From the NCBI GenBank assembly GCA_965215195.1, contig CBDCDC010000002.1, positions 1,568,001 to 1,632,000 on the forward strand: a DNA stretch of 64,000 nucleotides, read 5' to 3'. The position numbers and the translations under genes were made by a program. The notes under the pieces were generated by a model. That model had not been told where the DNA came from, did not search any database, and saw nothing but the letters and a program-made list of their open reading frames with translations. Origin of the DNA: Candidatus Latescibacterota bacterium (GTDB lineage Bacteria > Latescibacterota > UBA2968 > UBA8231). Shown here one piece after another: positions 10,470-20,221 of the stretch (position 1 is the stretch's first letter; each line of letters opens with the position of its first letter).

Positions 10470-10935
10470 TGTTGATGCAATACAAGGCGATTCGGCTGAT
10501 TGAGATAGACGGCCAGCGCATCCTCGACGCGGGGCCTGTGCGCCGTTGATACAGCGGCCGGCTGGTGTGGCTGCCGAGGCGTGTGTGAACCGGGCGCAGC
10601 AGGTGCCGATGGCCGAGCCCCTCAAGGCCAATTATCTGGCCGACCTTGCAGTTTTGAGCGGGTTGGTATATAACTTAGAAACGATTATGGCCATCATCGC
10701 GGAGGAGACCATGTGCGAATCGTCGGTAGTGTACTATTTCACGGAGAAGGCCCTTGAGCAAAAAAAGAAAAAGTACGCTCGAAGCTATTCTCGAAGTCTT
10801 GGAGATTCGCTTTGGTCTGGGTGCGGCGCACCCTCTAGCGGACCGCATAGCCGCCATTGACGATGTGCAGCGGCTCAAGCAGTTGCATCGGGCAGCCTCG
10901 AGGCCTTCAGGTGCCTGTTGGACGCCGACGAGTAG
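10470..10935 (+). pseudogene. Rpn-family (transposase_31/DUF4351-like) C-terminal remnant, frameshifted
   Basis: LAVLSGLVY...ETMCESSVVYYFTEKALEQ, then in another frame ILEVLEIRFG...IAAIDDVQRLKQLHRAA. Confidence 0.65.
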
Positions 10936-10986
10936 GGCCACCGCGTAACGTCAGTTATTGATTTTCTTATCGACGCGGGATTCTAG

Positions 10987-12840
10987 ATGCAGTGTGCAAA
11001 AGGACGCCTCTTGGTTCTCGCCCTAGCGGCCAACGCGCTGGTTCTGCACTCGGGTATGGGCTTGACCATATACCGAATCGGCGACCAAGCCCTATCTCCG
11101 CCGCCCCAAGGCGCGGACCTAGTGCAGTTGAGTTGGGAGGAGGCATCGCAGGGCGCGGACGGCGCGTGGGATGGGCTCGTCCTAGAAAACGGACAGCTTG
11201 CTCCCATACGAGTTCGGCCAGATGAAAACCTATCCCTTTCGGCCATTGCCCGAGGGGGTGGACCGCGCGGGCAAAAGTACCCCAACGTTGAGCCGCAGAC
11301 CGAGATCACCGACTGGACGGCCGACGGCGATCCCACAACCGCCTTTCGCGATACGGATGCGGCCCATCGGGGCATGGGCAACCAGCTAACCATGTACCTC
11401 GGCGGGCGCTTCCCCGTGAGCCGAGTCCGCTTTTATCCCTCGCCGCAATCGTCCGGGCTCATCATCGAAAAATTCAAGCTGACCGCTTCCGACCAAAAGG
11501 GACGTGCCGCGGTGATCGGGTTGGTGTCGAACAATACGCACCCGACCGTGGTTTTGACCTTCCCGAGCCGCATCGTCGATCGGCTCCAGCTAAACGTGCA
11601 TTCCTCTAGATCCAGAGTCGGGGACTGGTTTCCCTGGGAAATCGCCGAGTTCGAAGTGTACGGCGAGGGCTTCGTGCCAGAGGCGACCTTCCAGTCTCAA
11701 GTTTTCGACTTAGACGCACCTGCCACCGTAGGCCCCTTGCGCTGGTCCGGTTTCAGGGATCCCGACGCCCGAGTCAATATCCGCACCCGCAGCGGTCGCG
11801 ATCCAGATCCCAATCGCTATTGGCGCTACACCGGTCGCGGGGACGAGATCACCTTTCGCACACCGCAGGGTGCGCCCATGACCCAAGCGGACTACGAAAA
11901 ACTCCGCGGCGGTCAACCCCCCATAACCGCGGATCTCGACAACTGGAGCGCGTGGTCCGGCCCGTACGCCACCAGCGCCGCCATCGTCTCGCCGAGCCCG
12001 CGCCAGTTCCTGCAAGTGCAGGTCGGGTTCGTGCCCAAGGGATTCCACGGCGGCGGCGTGGATTTCGTAGAGTTCCGGGTAACTCAGCCCCCGCTCAGCG
12101 GCCCGATCGTGGGCGAGGTCTGGCCCGAACACGCGGTCCCGGGAGCCGTGACGCCGTTTGTGTATGCCTTGCTGCCCGAGTTGAGTCCAGAGACGAGCGG
12201 GTTTGATCGCCTAGTAGTGGAGACGACGGGACGCTTTGCCGCGGTCGATTCAGTGCGGATAAACGAGGAGCGGATAGCGGTGGAGGCAGCAGTTGAGGCC
12301 GAGCGGATGGCCCTGTCGCTGCCGCGGATGGGAGCGGCGGACAACCAGAAACTCGTGGAGGTTTTCTTTCAGGCGCAGGTGTTTCACTTCGGCACGTCGT
12401 TCGCCGGCCAGGTCTTCGACTCGCAGCGGCCTATGGAAGTGGCCCAGCAAGTAGTGCCTGGAAATGCCACTTTCCGGCTGGATGGCGACCAGCTCTCGGT
12501 GGGCGTTCAGCTCGCTGGTCCGCTCTTGCAGCAGGTGGCCGTACAACCGCCGGTGCTCACGCCCAATGGGGACGGCATCAACGACCGGACGAAAATTGCG
12601 TACACCTTGCTGAGATTGGCGGACGAAGGCGAAGTGGCGGTCGAAATTTTCGCCCTCTCGGGTCGCTTGGTGCGGAAGCTCTACAGCGGTCGAGAACGCA
12701 GCGGGCACTACCTGCGGCTGTGGGACGGACGCGGCGATGATGGCGCAGTGGTCGCGCCGGGATTGTATCTGGTCCAAGTGCGCTTGGACGCAGACCGCGG
12801 GATCACCAAGGACAGCGGTATCATTGCGGTGGCCTACTGA
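10987..12840 (+). CDS. Secreted protein with FlgD-Ig/CHU_C-like tail
   Basis: 617 aa; signal peptide; LTPNGDGIND...WDGRGDDGAVVAPGLY; same core motifs as the two paralogs. Confidence 0.8.
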   Translation: MQCAKGRLLVLALAANALVLHSGMGLTIYRIGDQALSPPPQGADLVQLSWEEASQGADGAWDGLVLENGQLAPIRVRPDENLSLSAIARGGGPRGQKYPNVEPQTEITDWTADGDPTTAFRDTDAAHRGMGNQLTMYLGGRFPVSRVRFYPSPQSSGLIIEKFKLTASDQKGRAAVIGLVSNNTHPTVVLTFPSRIVDRLQLNVHSSRSRVGDWFPWEIAEFEVYGEGFVPEATFQSQVFDLDAPATVGPLRWSGFRDPDARVNIRTRSGRDPDPNRYWRYTGRGDEITFRTPQGAPMTQADYEKLRGGQPPITADLDNWSAWSGPYATSAAIVSPSPRQFLQVQVGFVPKGFHGGGVDFVEFRVTQPPLSGPIVGEVWPEHAVPGAVTPFVYALLPELSPETSGFDRLVVETTGRFAAVDSVRINEERIAVEAAVEAERMALSLPRMGAADNQKLVEVFFQAQVFHFGTSFAGQVFDSQRPMEVAQQVVPGNATFRLDGDQLSVGVQLAGPLLQQVAVQPPVLTPNGDGINDRTKIAYTLLRLADEGEVAVEIFALSGRLVRKLYSGRERSGHYLRLWDGRGDDGAVVAPGLYLVQVRLDADRGITKDSGIIAVAY

Positions 12841-12854
12841 TTTCAGGGTCGGCA

Positions 12855-14906
12855 CTAAAACATATACTGCCACAAATTGCCCACCATGCCGGTGCAATAA
12901 TCAATCACCAGCCAAGTGCCGGCCACCACAAAAGCCCCCAAGATCATACCGATGAAAAACAGGCGGGTTTGCCGGTAGAGCCGCACCCCGCCGTACTGCA
13001 GCACCAAGCTCTTGATCAACCAAGCCAAGAAGACATTGAACCACATCACCGAAGTGGTGAAAACCGTGCCGCTGATGGCCAAGCCCAGCGGGTGAATCGG
13101 CCACCACAAGACCCGCTGTTGCAACGTCACCAAAAACCACATTACTCCGGCACCAAGGCCAGTAAAAAACCACTCCCCAATCCCTATAGTAGCAGGGCTC
13201 TGAATCATCGCGGCTATGTACCGCAGGCCGGTGCTGGACGAACTCTGCCACCACCAGCCCGGCAGATTGAGCCCTCCGTAGTTGTACGACAGGTAGAGCA
13301 TCATCCAATACGCCCCCACCAAGGTCACCACAATCGCCAGCATCATAGCCCAGAACAGACCGCGCTTGCGGCCTTTGACGACTTCGTGGGCCATTTTCAG
13401 CCCGTTGGCGCACGAGGCCATGGGAAAGGTCACCAGATCGGCCGTCCACGGATAGGTGTAGGCCAGCCCGGTCAGACCGCCTGCCCCCAGTCGAGAGACC
13501 CCTAGGCTGGAGATGACAAAATCCGGCGGGATCAGGGGGGCCCGCACCAGCGCCACCCCGGCTTCCACCACGATTCGGCTCAACGCTATAAAGATCAAAA
13601 ACGCGACCGCTAAAAACAGGGGAATCACCAGCAGGGGAATGCCCGAAGCCTCCAGCCACACCCCCATGACCACCAGCCCACCCACCAGCCCCAGCACGGC
13701 CGTGCGATACGACATGATCTCATCGGCATCCACTGCGGTTGCACTGCGTCCGAGGGCCTTGGCGAACACAGCGCGCAAATGGGTGCGCGCCCGCCACAGG
13801 GTGAGCAGGGCGAACATCAGCATGGCCCCCAAGGCTTGGTGGGTCAGGTACGGGGCCTGGGGATTGCTGAACCAGCCCAGCTTGGCCGCGCTGTGGATCC
13901 CGATGGTATTGAAGACGCCCTGCTGAATCTGGGTCAATAGGTAGAATACCCAGATGCCCAAGGCCAGCTCGCGGCTGATGAAGTAGGAAAAACCGAGTAG
14001 GGAAAAAGACAGCTGGAAGCGAAAGCCGACCGTGCCCCGAAACGCATTGAACCCGGTGGCCAGATTAAATTCCGGGAACACGGGATAATAGCTGTGGATC
14101 GCATTGCACGTGATAACCACCAAAGGGACGGCAAATCCTATCCACATCTGGGGCCGGCGCAACAGGGACGGAACCCCGAATCTGCCGGGCGAATTCTCAT
14201 CTTCGTCCTCGACCATGGCCATAGGGGCCTGCATCATCGGGTAGAGCAGCCGCTCGTGCTCGACCCACTGCCGGCGCATCATCACCATCATGCAGATCGA
14301 CACCAAGTACAGGGCCAGCAGAAAGACGGTCCAGTAACATAGCGGCTCTACCCAAGCGGCCCACGGAATGGGTTGCCCCTTGATAAACAGCCCCTCGTAG
14401 AACCCTTGGATCACCTCCTCGTCCCGGGGGGCGATCCAGTGCGGCACGTGCGGCTGAATGAGTTCGGCCCAGTTGTTCTCGGGCGAGGCAAAGTAGAACA
14501 CATTGGTAATCATGGGCAACAGGTGCGAGACCATGCCAAAAGTGGGCAGAGAAGCCGAGATGATCATCATCACGTAGATCAGGGTCAGCTCCTCCCGCCG
14601 CAGGGCCATAGCGCGGGCGAGGGCCTTTAGCGCGAGGTTGGCCAGCACCAGATAGAACAAGAGAAACAGGGCCACTGGGGTGCTGAAGGCCCAAGCCATG
14701 AACGAGCCTTTGATGATGCAATTGGCATAGATGGTGCCGGTGCTGATCAAGGCGCACAGCACCGTCCCAATGCCAAAGGCTCGCAGGGTAGAGCCCGAGC
14801 TAAAACTCTCGGGTTCTCGTTCTTTTTGGCCGAAAAATTCCCCCGCTGCTCTAGCCCGATTCACGTTCTTGGCTCCAAGTAAATCAGCGTCTTCCGAAGC
14901 TCCCAT
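12855..14906 (-). CDS. Polytopic membrane protein, DUF6785/DUF6784-like (OPT-like transporter)
   Basis: Many TM helices; RRQWVEHERLLYPM, WWPIHPLG, RLFFIGMILG; paralog at 52729; start uncertain (ORF extends to 14951). Confidence 0.75.
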   Translation of the reverse strand: MGASEDADLLGAKNVNRARAAGEFFGQKEREPESFSSGSTLRAFGIGTVLCALISTGTIYANCIIKGSFMAWAFSTPVALFLLFYLVLANLALKALARAMALRREELTLIYVMMIISASLPTFGMVSHLLPMITNVFYFASPENNWAELIQPHVPHWIAPRDEEVIQGFYEGLFIKGQPIPWAAWVEPLCYWTVFLLALYLVSICMMVMMRRQWVEHERLLYPMMQAPMAMVEDEDENSPGRFGVPSLLRRPQMWIGFAVPLVVITCNAIHSYYPVFPEFNLATGFNAFRGTVGFRFQLSFSLLGFSYFISRELALGIWVFYLLTQIQQGVFNTIGIHSAAKLGWFSNPQAPYLTHQALGAMLMFALLTLWRARTHLRAVFAKALGRSATAVDADEIMSYRTAVLGLVGGLVVMGVWLEASGIPLLVIPLFLAVAFLIFIALSRIVVEAGVALVRAPLIPPDFVISSLGVSRLGAGGLTGLAYTYPWTADLVTFPMASCANGLKMAHEVVKGRKRGLFWAMMLAIVVTLVGAYWMMLYLSYNYGGLNLPGWWWQSSSSTGLRYIAAMIQSPATIGIGEWFFTGLGAGVMWFLVTLQQRVLWWPIHPLGLAISGTVFTTSVMWFNVFLAWLIKSLVLQYGGVRLYRQTRLFFIGMILGAFVVAGTWLVIDYCTGMVGNLWQYMF

Positions 14907-15145
14907 GGCCAAAAGTGGAGCAAGCCGTAGGGGTCGCCTCGGTTTGGCCAATGGGTCCAGCGGATGGTATTATAGGGATTGCGATACGCGACACTAAGAA
15001 GCGGTCTGAAAATTCCGCGAACCGTCCCTTGTGTGCAGGGACGAGGGCGTCGCGCCCGCGAAAAACACTCCATCCGAGGGCCGCTCAACCGCTACTCAAC
15101 GCGGTCCGCCGGGGGTTTGTCACGCCTAAAGTTTCCGCCGGGTGC

Positions 15146-15162
15146 GCGGGCAGCCTGCCCGC
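15146..15162. repeat. REP-like GC-rich palindrome
   Basis: GCGGGCAG-C-CTGCCCGC; resembles the palindromes inside the 150-bp MITEs. Confidence 0.45.
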
Positions 15163-15185
15163 CAACAGAGGCTATGGTTTATCAA

Positions 15186-15710
15186 CTGACGTTACGCATC
15201 TGTGCGTCCATGCCGCGAGTGGGTTAATTCAGCTTCAACAGGATGGACACTAATAAACCCACTATGCCGAACTGAATGCCGATAAGCCAGCGGACGCTTG
15301 TGCGTAGCTCGCGGATATCTTGCCGCAGTTGGCGGCCTTGCTCGCTCATGGTGCGTTGTATATCGTCCAAGCGGCGGTCAAGCTGCTCGGCTATGCCTTC
15401 CAGCCGCCCTATACGACGGTCGTGGTCTTGAGCTTGGGTAATGGGTTCGCTCATGGTCGTTTCTCCTTTGGTTATGGGGTTGTGCCCCAGTGGGGCGGGT
15501 TCGTGGGTTAGCGGCGTAGTCGCCGTAATGATCAATCGCGGTCATTTTGGGTGTTCCTTGGCTCTGTTCCATCGTATCGATCTTAGAGGCCCTCTGATCA
15601 CAGCGGCCCTAACAAAACTGGATGTCACGCCTAAAAGCCTGCGCCCGTGAAAACGGATGGCGCGGTGAAGCGAAGCATCTCATGCCTAAAACACCCGTGC
15701 GTAACGTCAG
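15186..15710. mobile_element. Non-autonomous cassette with 13-bp TIRs and 7-bp target-site duplication
   Basis: TTATCAA|CTGACGTTACGCA (15186-15198)...TGCGTAACGTCAG (15698-15710)|TTATCAA; no transposase inside. Confidence 0.8.
15224..15454 (-). CDS. Small coiled-coil protein with C-terminal TM helix (paralog of 10036)
   Basis: MSEPITQAQDHDRRIGRLEGIAEQL...WLIGIQFGIVGLLVSILL; RBS AAGGAG. Confidence 0.75.
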   Translation of the reverse strand: MSEPITQAQDHDRRIGRLEGIAEQLDRRLDDIQRTMSEQGRQLRQDIRELRTSVRWLIGIQFGIVGLLVSILLKLN

Positions 15711-15902
15711 TTATCAATTCAAAAAATTAATACCGCATTCGCATTCAAGGGCCTCCTACCATCGAGCACGAAAGGGGTCGCGTCCTACGCGCCCAGAGTA
15801 TAGGGCTTGCAAAAAACCTATGTCAATTTTTTATGGGGATCAGCGCGATACATGGAGACAGATGCCAAGCAGGGCCGCGGGCGACTTGGGGGATATTCCC
15901 GG

Positions 15903-17711
15903 ATGAAGGGTGGCGCTTTACTGGTCCTGCTCGTCGGGTGCGACTCCACGCTCGAAGAAGGCGCTGATTTGCCAGACCATCGCGCTGTACAAAGTCAGAT
16001 GCAACTCGGCTCAGAACCCGCCATTCAATTCGCCGACGTAAGTGCAGAGAGCGGCCTAAACTTCGTCAATGTCTCGGGCAGTGCGGCACAAGACTACGTC
16101 CTCGAGTCCATGTCGGCCGGCGCCGCTTTCCTCGACTACGACGGGGACGGATACCAAGATCTCTTCGTGGTCAATGGGACTCGGCTGCAAGGGTCTCCTT
16201 TAGGGGCGAAAAACAGACTCTTCCACAATGAGCCGGGCACGGGCCGGACGCGCATATTTCGGCCAGTGGAAGCCGATCTGGGCGCTGGCGGCTGGGGCAT
16301 GGGTTGCGCTGCGGGCGACTACGACAACGATGGCGACGTGGATTTGTACGCGACCTATTGGGGGCCCAACCAGCTCTACCGCAACGATGGCGACGGGCAC
16401 TTTGCCGAGCGGGCACAAAAGGCTGGCGTGGCCGATGCGCGCTGGGGCTCCAGCGCGGCTTTCGGCGACCTCGACGCAGATGGATTGCTGGATCTATACG
16501 TGGCCAACTACCTCGAATTCGACTTGCGCCGACCTCCCGGCGGCGGTGGAAAGTGCCTGTACAAAGGGCTGTACGTCTTCTGCGGTCCCGCGTACGCGCC
16601 GCGCCAAGCGGACCGGCTCTACCGCAATAAGGGCGATGGCAGCTTTGCGGATGTCAGCGCTGCCACCGGCGTAAGCGCTCGGTCCCTGCCGGCGCTGGGC
16701 GTGGTCTTCGGCGACTTGGATGCGGACGGGGATCAGGACATCTACGTGGCCAATGACGGGGAGGCGAACCTGCTTTTTCGCAACGATGGAGACTGGCGTT
16801 TGGCCGAAGTGGCCACGCGGGCCGGCGTGGCTTACAGCAAGGACGGGGTGGCCCAAGCCAGCATGGGCGTCCATGCCGGCGACTTTGACAACGACGGGGA
16901 TCTGGACCTGTTCGCGACCAATTTCTCCGAGGAACTCAATACCCTCTATCGGAACGAGGGGAGCGGGCTATTCCGCGACGCCACCATTGAGGTCGGCTTG
17001 GGCGGGATCGCGCGGCCCCTGCTGGGCTGGAGCACGGGTTTTGCCGACTTTGACAAGGATGGCTGGCTAGATCTATTCGTAGCCAACGGCCACCTCTATC
17101 CGCAATTGGACCGGCATTTTTTGGGGTTTTTCTATGCCCAGCGCAATTTGCTCTACCACAACCGGGGCGACCGATTTGTCGAGGTCGGGGAAAACAGCGG
17201 TGCGGGCTGGAGGATTGAAAAAGTCAGCCGCGCCGCGGCCCTGAGCGACTTTGACAACGACGGGGACATCGACCTGTTCGTCGTGAATCTCAACGACTCT
17301 CCGACCTTGTTGCGCAACGACAGCGGCGACCGCAACAACTGGCTGGGTCTGGAACTGGTGGGCGTGGAGAGCAACCGGGACGCTATCGGCGCTCAAGTGC
17401 GGGTACAGGCCGGCGACCTCGAACAGGTGCGGGAGGTGCGCCGGGGCTACGGCTTTCAGGCCCAGCACGATCCGCGCCTGCTGTTCGGCCTCGGACCGCA
17501 CGAGCGGGTAGATTGGGTCGAGATCCGCTGGCCCTCGGGCCGGCGTCAGGTGCTGCGGAACCCGCCCCTGCGGCGCTACCTAACGGTGCGCGAAGCTACC
17601 AATCCAGCCACTGCCACAAGCGAGGAGGATCAAAATGCGCATCGTAACCCGTCCCGCCGTCCTGCTCGTAGCGTTAGTTCTTCCGTCTGCGGGGATCGCC
17701 CACGAAAATAG
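15903..17711 (+). CDS. CRTAC1-family (FG-GAP repeats + ASPIC/UnbV) lipoprotein
   Basis: Lipobox LLVGC; repeated DYDNDGDxDL motifs; C-terminal SNRDAIGA...LLFGLG...VEIRWPSG. Confidence 0.88.
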   Translation: MKGGALLVLLVGCDSTLEEGADLPDHRAVQSQMQLGSEPAIQFADVSAESGLNFVNVSGSAAQDYVLESMSAGAAFLDYDGDGYQDLFVVNGTRLQGSPLGAKNRLFHNEPGTGRTRIFRPVEADLGAGGWGMGCAAGDYDNDGDVDLYATYWGPNQLYRNDGDGHFAERAQKAGVADARWGSSAAFGDLDADGLLDLYVANYLEFDLRRPPGGGGKCLYKGLYVFCGPAYAPRQADRLYRNKGDGSFADVSAATGVSARSLPALGVVFGDLDADGDQDIYVANDGEANLLFRNDGDWRLAEVATRAGVAYSKDGVAQASMGVHAGDFDNDGDLDLFATNFSEELNTLYRNEGSGLFRDATIEVGLGGIARPLLGWSTGFADFDKDGWLDLFVANGHLYPQLDRHFLGFFYAQRNLLYHNRGDRFVEVGENSGAGWRIEKVSRAAALSDFDNDGDIDLFVVNLNDSPTLLRNDSGDRNNWLGLELVGVESNRDAIGAQVRVQAGDLEQVREVRRGYGFQAQHDPRLLFGLGPHERVDWVEIRWPSGRRQVLRNPPLRRYLTVREATNPATATSEEDQNAHRNPSRRPARSVSSSVCGDRPRK

Positions 17712-18210
17712 TGATCCCCGCACCCAAGCCGCTATCGGCCTTTCTGTCCTCGACCGAGGGATAAGCCTGTGGCTGGTCCGTCCCAAGACGATGTTGGGCC
17801 TTGAGTTGGATTATCTCGAATTAACTTGGGACGAGGTGACTTATGCCTCCTCAGTGGGACCAGTAAAACATAGAACGAGTCGCGTCCGCGCTGCTCTGAC
17901 CCTAAAACGTCAAGTCTCGCAGGGTCAAGTCTCCAAATTCGTGTATCTAACGGTCTATGGAGAGGACGTGGACGACGAATGGAAAGAAGGCGTCCGTCTC
18001 AATGAGGGGGATAATGGCCCAGAGATCGGCTTAGGTGGACTATGGCGCCCCATGAAGAAAGTGAGCGTATCGATCAGACAGGGATGGGCCTTTGAAAAAG
18101 GCGAGAAGTTAGCGATAGTTAGCGATAATTTCTCGCCGGAGAATACTAGTACGGAGACCTTTGCCATCCGCATGCAGGAAACCCGACTGTTGGTGCTTTT
18201 GCATTTCTGA
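17635..18210 (+). CDS. Hypothetical exported protein, possible small beta-barrel
   Basis: Signal peptide, alternating strands, terminal Phe (LLVLLHF). Confidence 0.55.
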   Translation: MRIVTRPAVLLVALVLPSAGIAHENSDPRTQAAIGLSVLDRGISLWLVRPKTMLGLELDYLELTWDEVTYASSVGPVKHRTSRVRAALTLKRQVSQGQVSKFVYLTVYGEDVDDEWKEGVRLNEGDNGPEIGLGGLWRPMKKVSVSIRQGWAFEKGEKLAIVSDNFSPENTSTETFAIRMQETRLLVLLHF

Positions 18211-18294
18211 GCAATCTGAAGCAGACGCCCAGCGCAATCTAGCCCGCATAATCCAAGCTGCCCGGCAGTCAGTGCCGCAGCCATAACTCGGACG

Positions 18295-18375
18295 CTTAGT
18301 ACACGGACACTAACGCATTCAATGGCGTCCTACCATCAAGCACTAACGCACCCACAGGAGGGGTCGTGTACTTAG
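18295..18375. mobile_element. 81-bp MITE
   Basis: Ends CTTAGTACACG / CGTGTACTTAG; flanking duplication CTCGGACG at 18287-18294 and 18376-18383. Confidence 0.75.
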
Positions 18376-18388
18376 CTCGGACGCAAGG

Positions 18389-20215
18389 CTATTCGTAGGA
18401 GATTTCCCTTCCTTCTTCGACCACCAGCACCGCATTCACTGGAAGATCCCGGAAGCGTTGCCGGAGACCGCCGGGCCATTCAACCTCGAGCAGGTCAATG
18501 GATTCCCGGGTGCCCAAGCCAATGTGGAGCCGGGGATCGCTGGCCGAGAGATAGCTGGACCCGCGGCGCACTTGGCGGATCTGGCTCCGGTCGCCAGAGA
18601 CCAGCCGCACCCTAGTGCCCACGGCATCTTTGTTGCCGCGCCTTCCCACTACCCTGATCATAGACCAATTCTGCGCATTGCCGTTCTCGTTGCGCACCAG
18701 TCTAGCCGCACCGCCGCAGTTGCTGACCAAGAGGTCGAGATCGCCGTCCGCGTCGTAGTCGCCAAAAGCCGCGCCTCGGCTGACTTGTTTGCGGGAAAAC
18801 CAGTCCCCGGAGGCGGCCGAGACATCGGCGTAGCGACAGGTTCCGTCGTTGCGGAAGAGTTGGTGCTCCTCGGCGTACTCCACGCCGGGCTGGAACAGGG
18901 CGATCCGGTCCAAGACGTGGCCATTGGCCACGTACAGATCGAGGTCGCCGTCGTTGTCGTAGTCGAAAAAATTCGTGCCAAAGCCGAGCAAGCGCCAGCT
19001 CGGCGGCCCCAAGCCCGCAACCGCGGTCACATCTTTGAAACGACCGGCGTCGTTGCGGTAGAGGGTGTTGGTCTCGTGGGAAAAATTGGTGACGAAGAGA
19101 TCGAAGTCGCCGTCGTTGTCGCAATCGCCAATATCCACGCCCATGCCGGCCTCGCCTTCGCCCCTCAGGTTGTAGCCCACGCCCACCTGCACGGCCACCT
19201 CGACAAAGGTGCCCTCGCCCTCGTTGTGGTAGAGGAAGTTGGCCACCCCGTCGTTGGCTACGTACAGATCTTGGTCGCCATCGGCGTCGTAGTCCCAAGC
19301 CAGCACCCCCAAGCCCTTGCCAGCGGGATTGGCGATACCGGCCTCAATGGACACGTCGGCGAAAGTGCCGTTGCCCTCGTTGTGGTAGAGCACATCGGGC
19401 ACGCCCTGGTACTCGCTGGGCGCACAATACGAGCGCGTACCGCGCCCGATGGCGCGCAGGCCCTCGGCATTGGTCTGGACGAAACCGCCGCAGACCTTGT
19501 TGGTGGCCATGGTGAAGTCGAGGTAGTTGGCGATGTACAGATCGAGCTGGCCGTCGTTGTCGTAGTCGAAAAAGGCCGCACTAGTGCTCCACTGGGGGGC
19601 TTGTACCCCGGCTGTGGTGGTCGCATCGGCAAACGCGCCGTCTCCTCGATTGCGGTATAGGGCATTGCGGCCGTAATTGGTCACGTAGAGGTCTTGGTCG
19701 CCGTCGTTGTCGTAGTCGGCCACCGCACATCCCATGCCGTAGCCCTTGTCGTCCACCCCGGCTGCGGCCCCCATCTCGACAAAGGTCCCGTCGCCCTCGT
19801 TGCGGTACAGGGCATTGCCCGAGACTTCCACGCCGGCTGCGGGTGCCAGAGACACTGCATAGGCCGCTGGATCCGCGGAGCGGGGTGTGCCGCTCGGTTG
19901 GGATCGACGCACCCAGTAGTAAGCCGAATCCCGCCGGGCGAGATTGACCGGCCGGACGTACGTGCCGCGCAAATCAAAGCCATTGACCAGATAGATATCC
20001 AGATCGCCATCCCCATCGAAATCCGCGAAAGCACCCCCGGCCCCCATGGTCTCGATGAGGAAATAATGCCCGGCCGCGCCGTTTTCATGCACAAAGGAAA
20101 TGCCCGAGTGGGGGGTCGCGTCGAGAAAGCGGACTTCGGGAGGCGGGGGGCGGCATCCTGCGATGCTGCCAAAGGCTAGCGCAAGTACCAGATGCCTTGG
20201 GCAGAAGAGCCGCAT
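18389..20215 (-). CDS. CRTAC1-family (FG-GAP + ASPIC/UnbV) lipoprotein
   Basis: Lipobox SIAGC; DYDNDGDxDL repeats; GSSYLSASDPRLHIGLG. Confidence 0.88.
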   Translation of the reverse strand: MRLFCPRHLVLALAFGSIAGCRPPPPEVRFLDATPHSGISFVHENGAAGHYFLIETMGAGGAFADFDGDGDLDIYLVNGFDLRGTYVRPVNLARRDSAYYWVRRSQPSGTPRSADPAAYAVSLAPAAGVEVSGNALYRNEGDGTFVEMGAAAGVDDKGYGMGCAVADYDNDGDQDLYVTNYGRNALYRNRGDGAFADATTTAGVQAPQWSTSAAFFDYDNDGQLDLYIANYLDFTMATNKVCGGFVQTNAEGLRAIGRGTRSYCAPSEYQGVPDVLYHNEGNGTFADVSIEAGIANPAGKGLGVLAWDYDADGDQDLYVANDGVANFLYHNEGEGTFVEVAVQVGVGYNLRGEGEAGMGVDIGDCDNDGDFDLFVTNFSHETNTLYRNDAGRFKDVTAVAGLGPPSWRLLGFGTNFFDYDNDGDLDLYVANGHVLDRIALFQPGVEYAEEHQLFRNDGTCRYADVSAASGDWFSRKQVSRGAAFGDYDADGDLDLLVSNCGGAARLVRNENGNAQNWSMIRVVGRRGNKDAVGTRVRLVSGDRSQIRQVRRGSSYLSASDPRLHIGLGTRESIDLLEVEWPGGLRQRFRDLPVNAVLVVEEGREISYE

Positions 20216-20221
20216 GCGGGC

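Larger units (their letters stand above)
9674..10954. mobile_element. ~1.3-kb insertion with one TIR end, flanked by 13-bp direct repeats
   Basis: TTATTGATTTTCT at 9661-9673 and 10955-10967; right end CGCGTAACGTCAG at 10942-10954. Confidence 0.6.
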
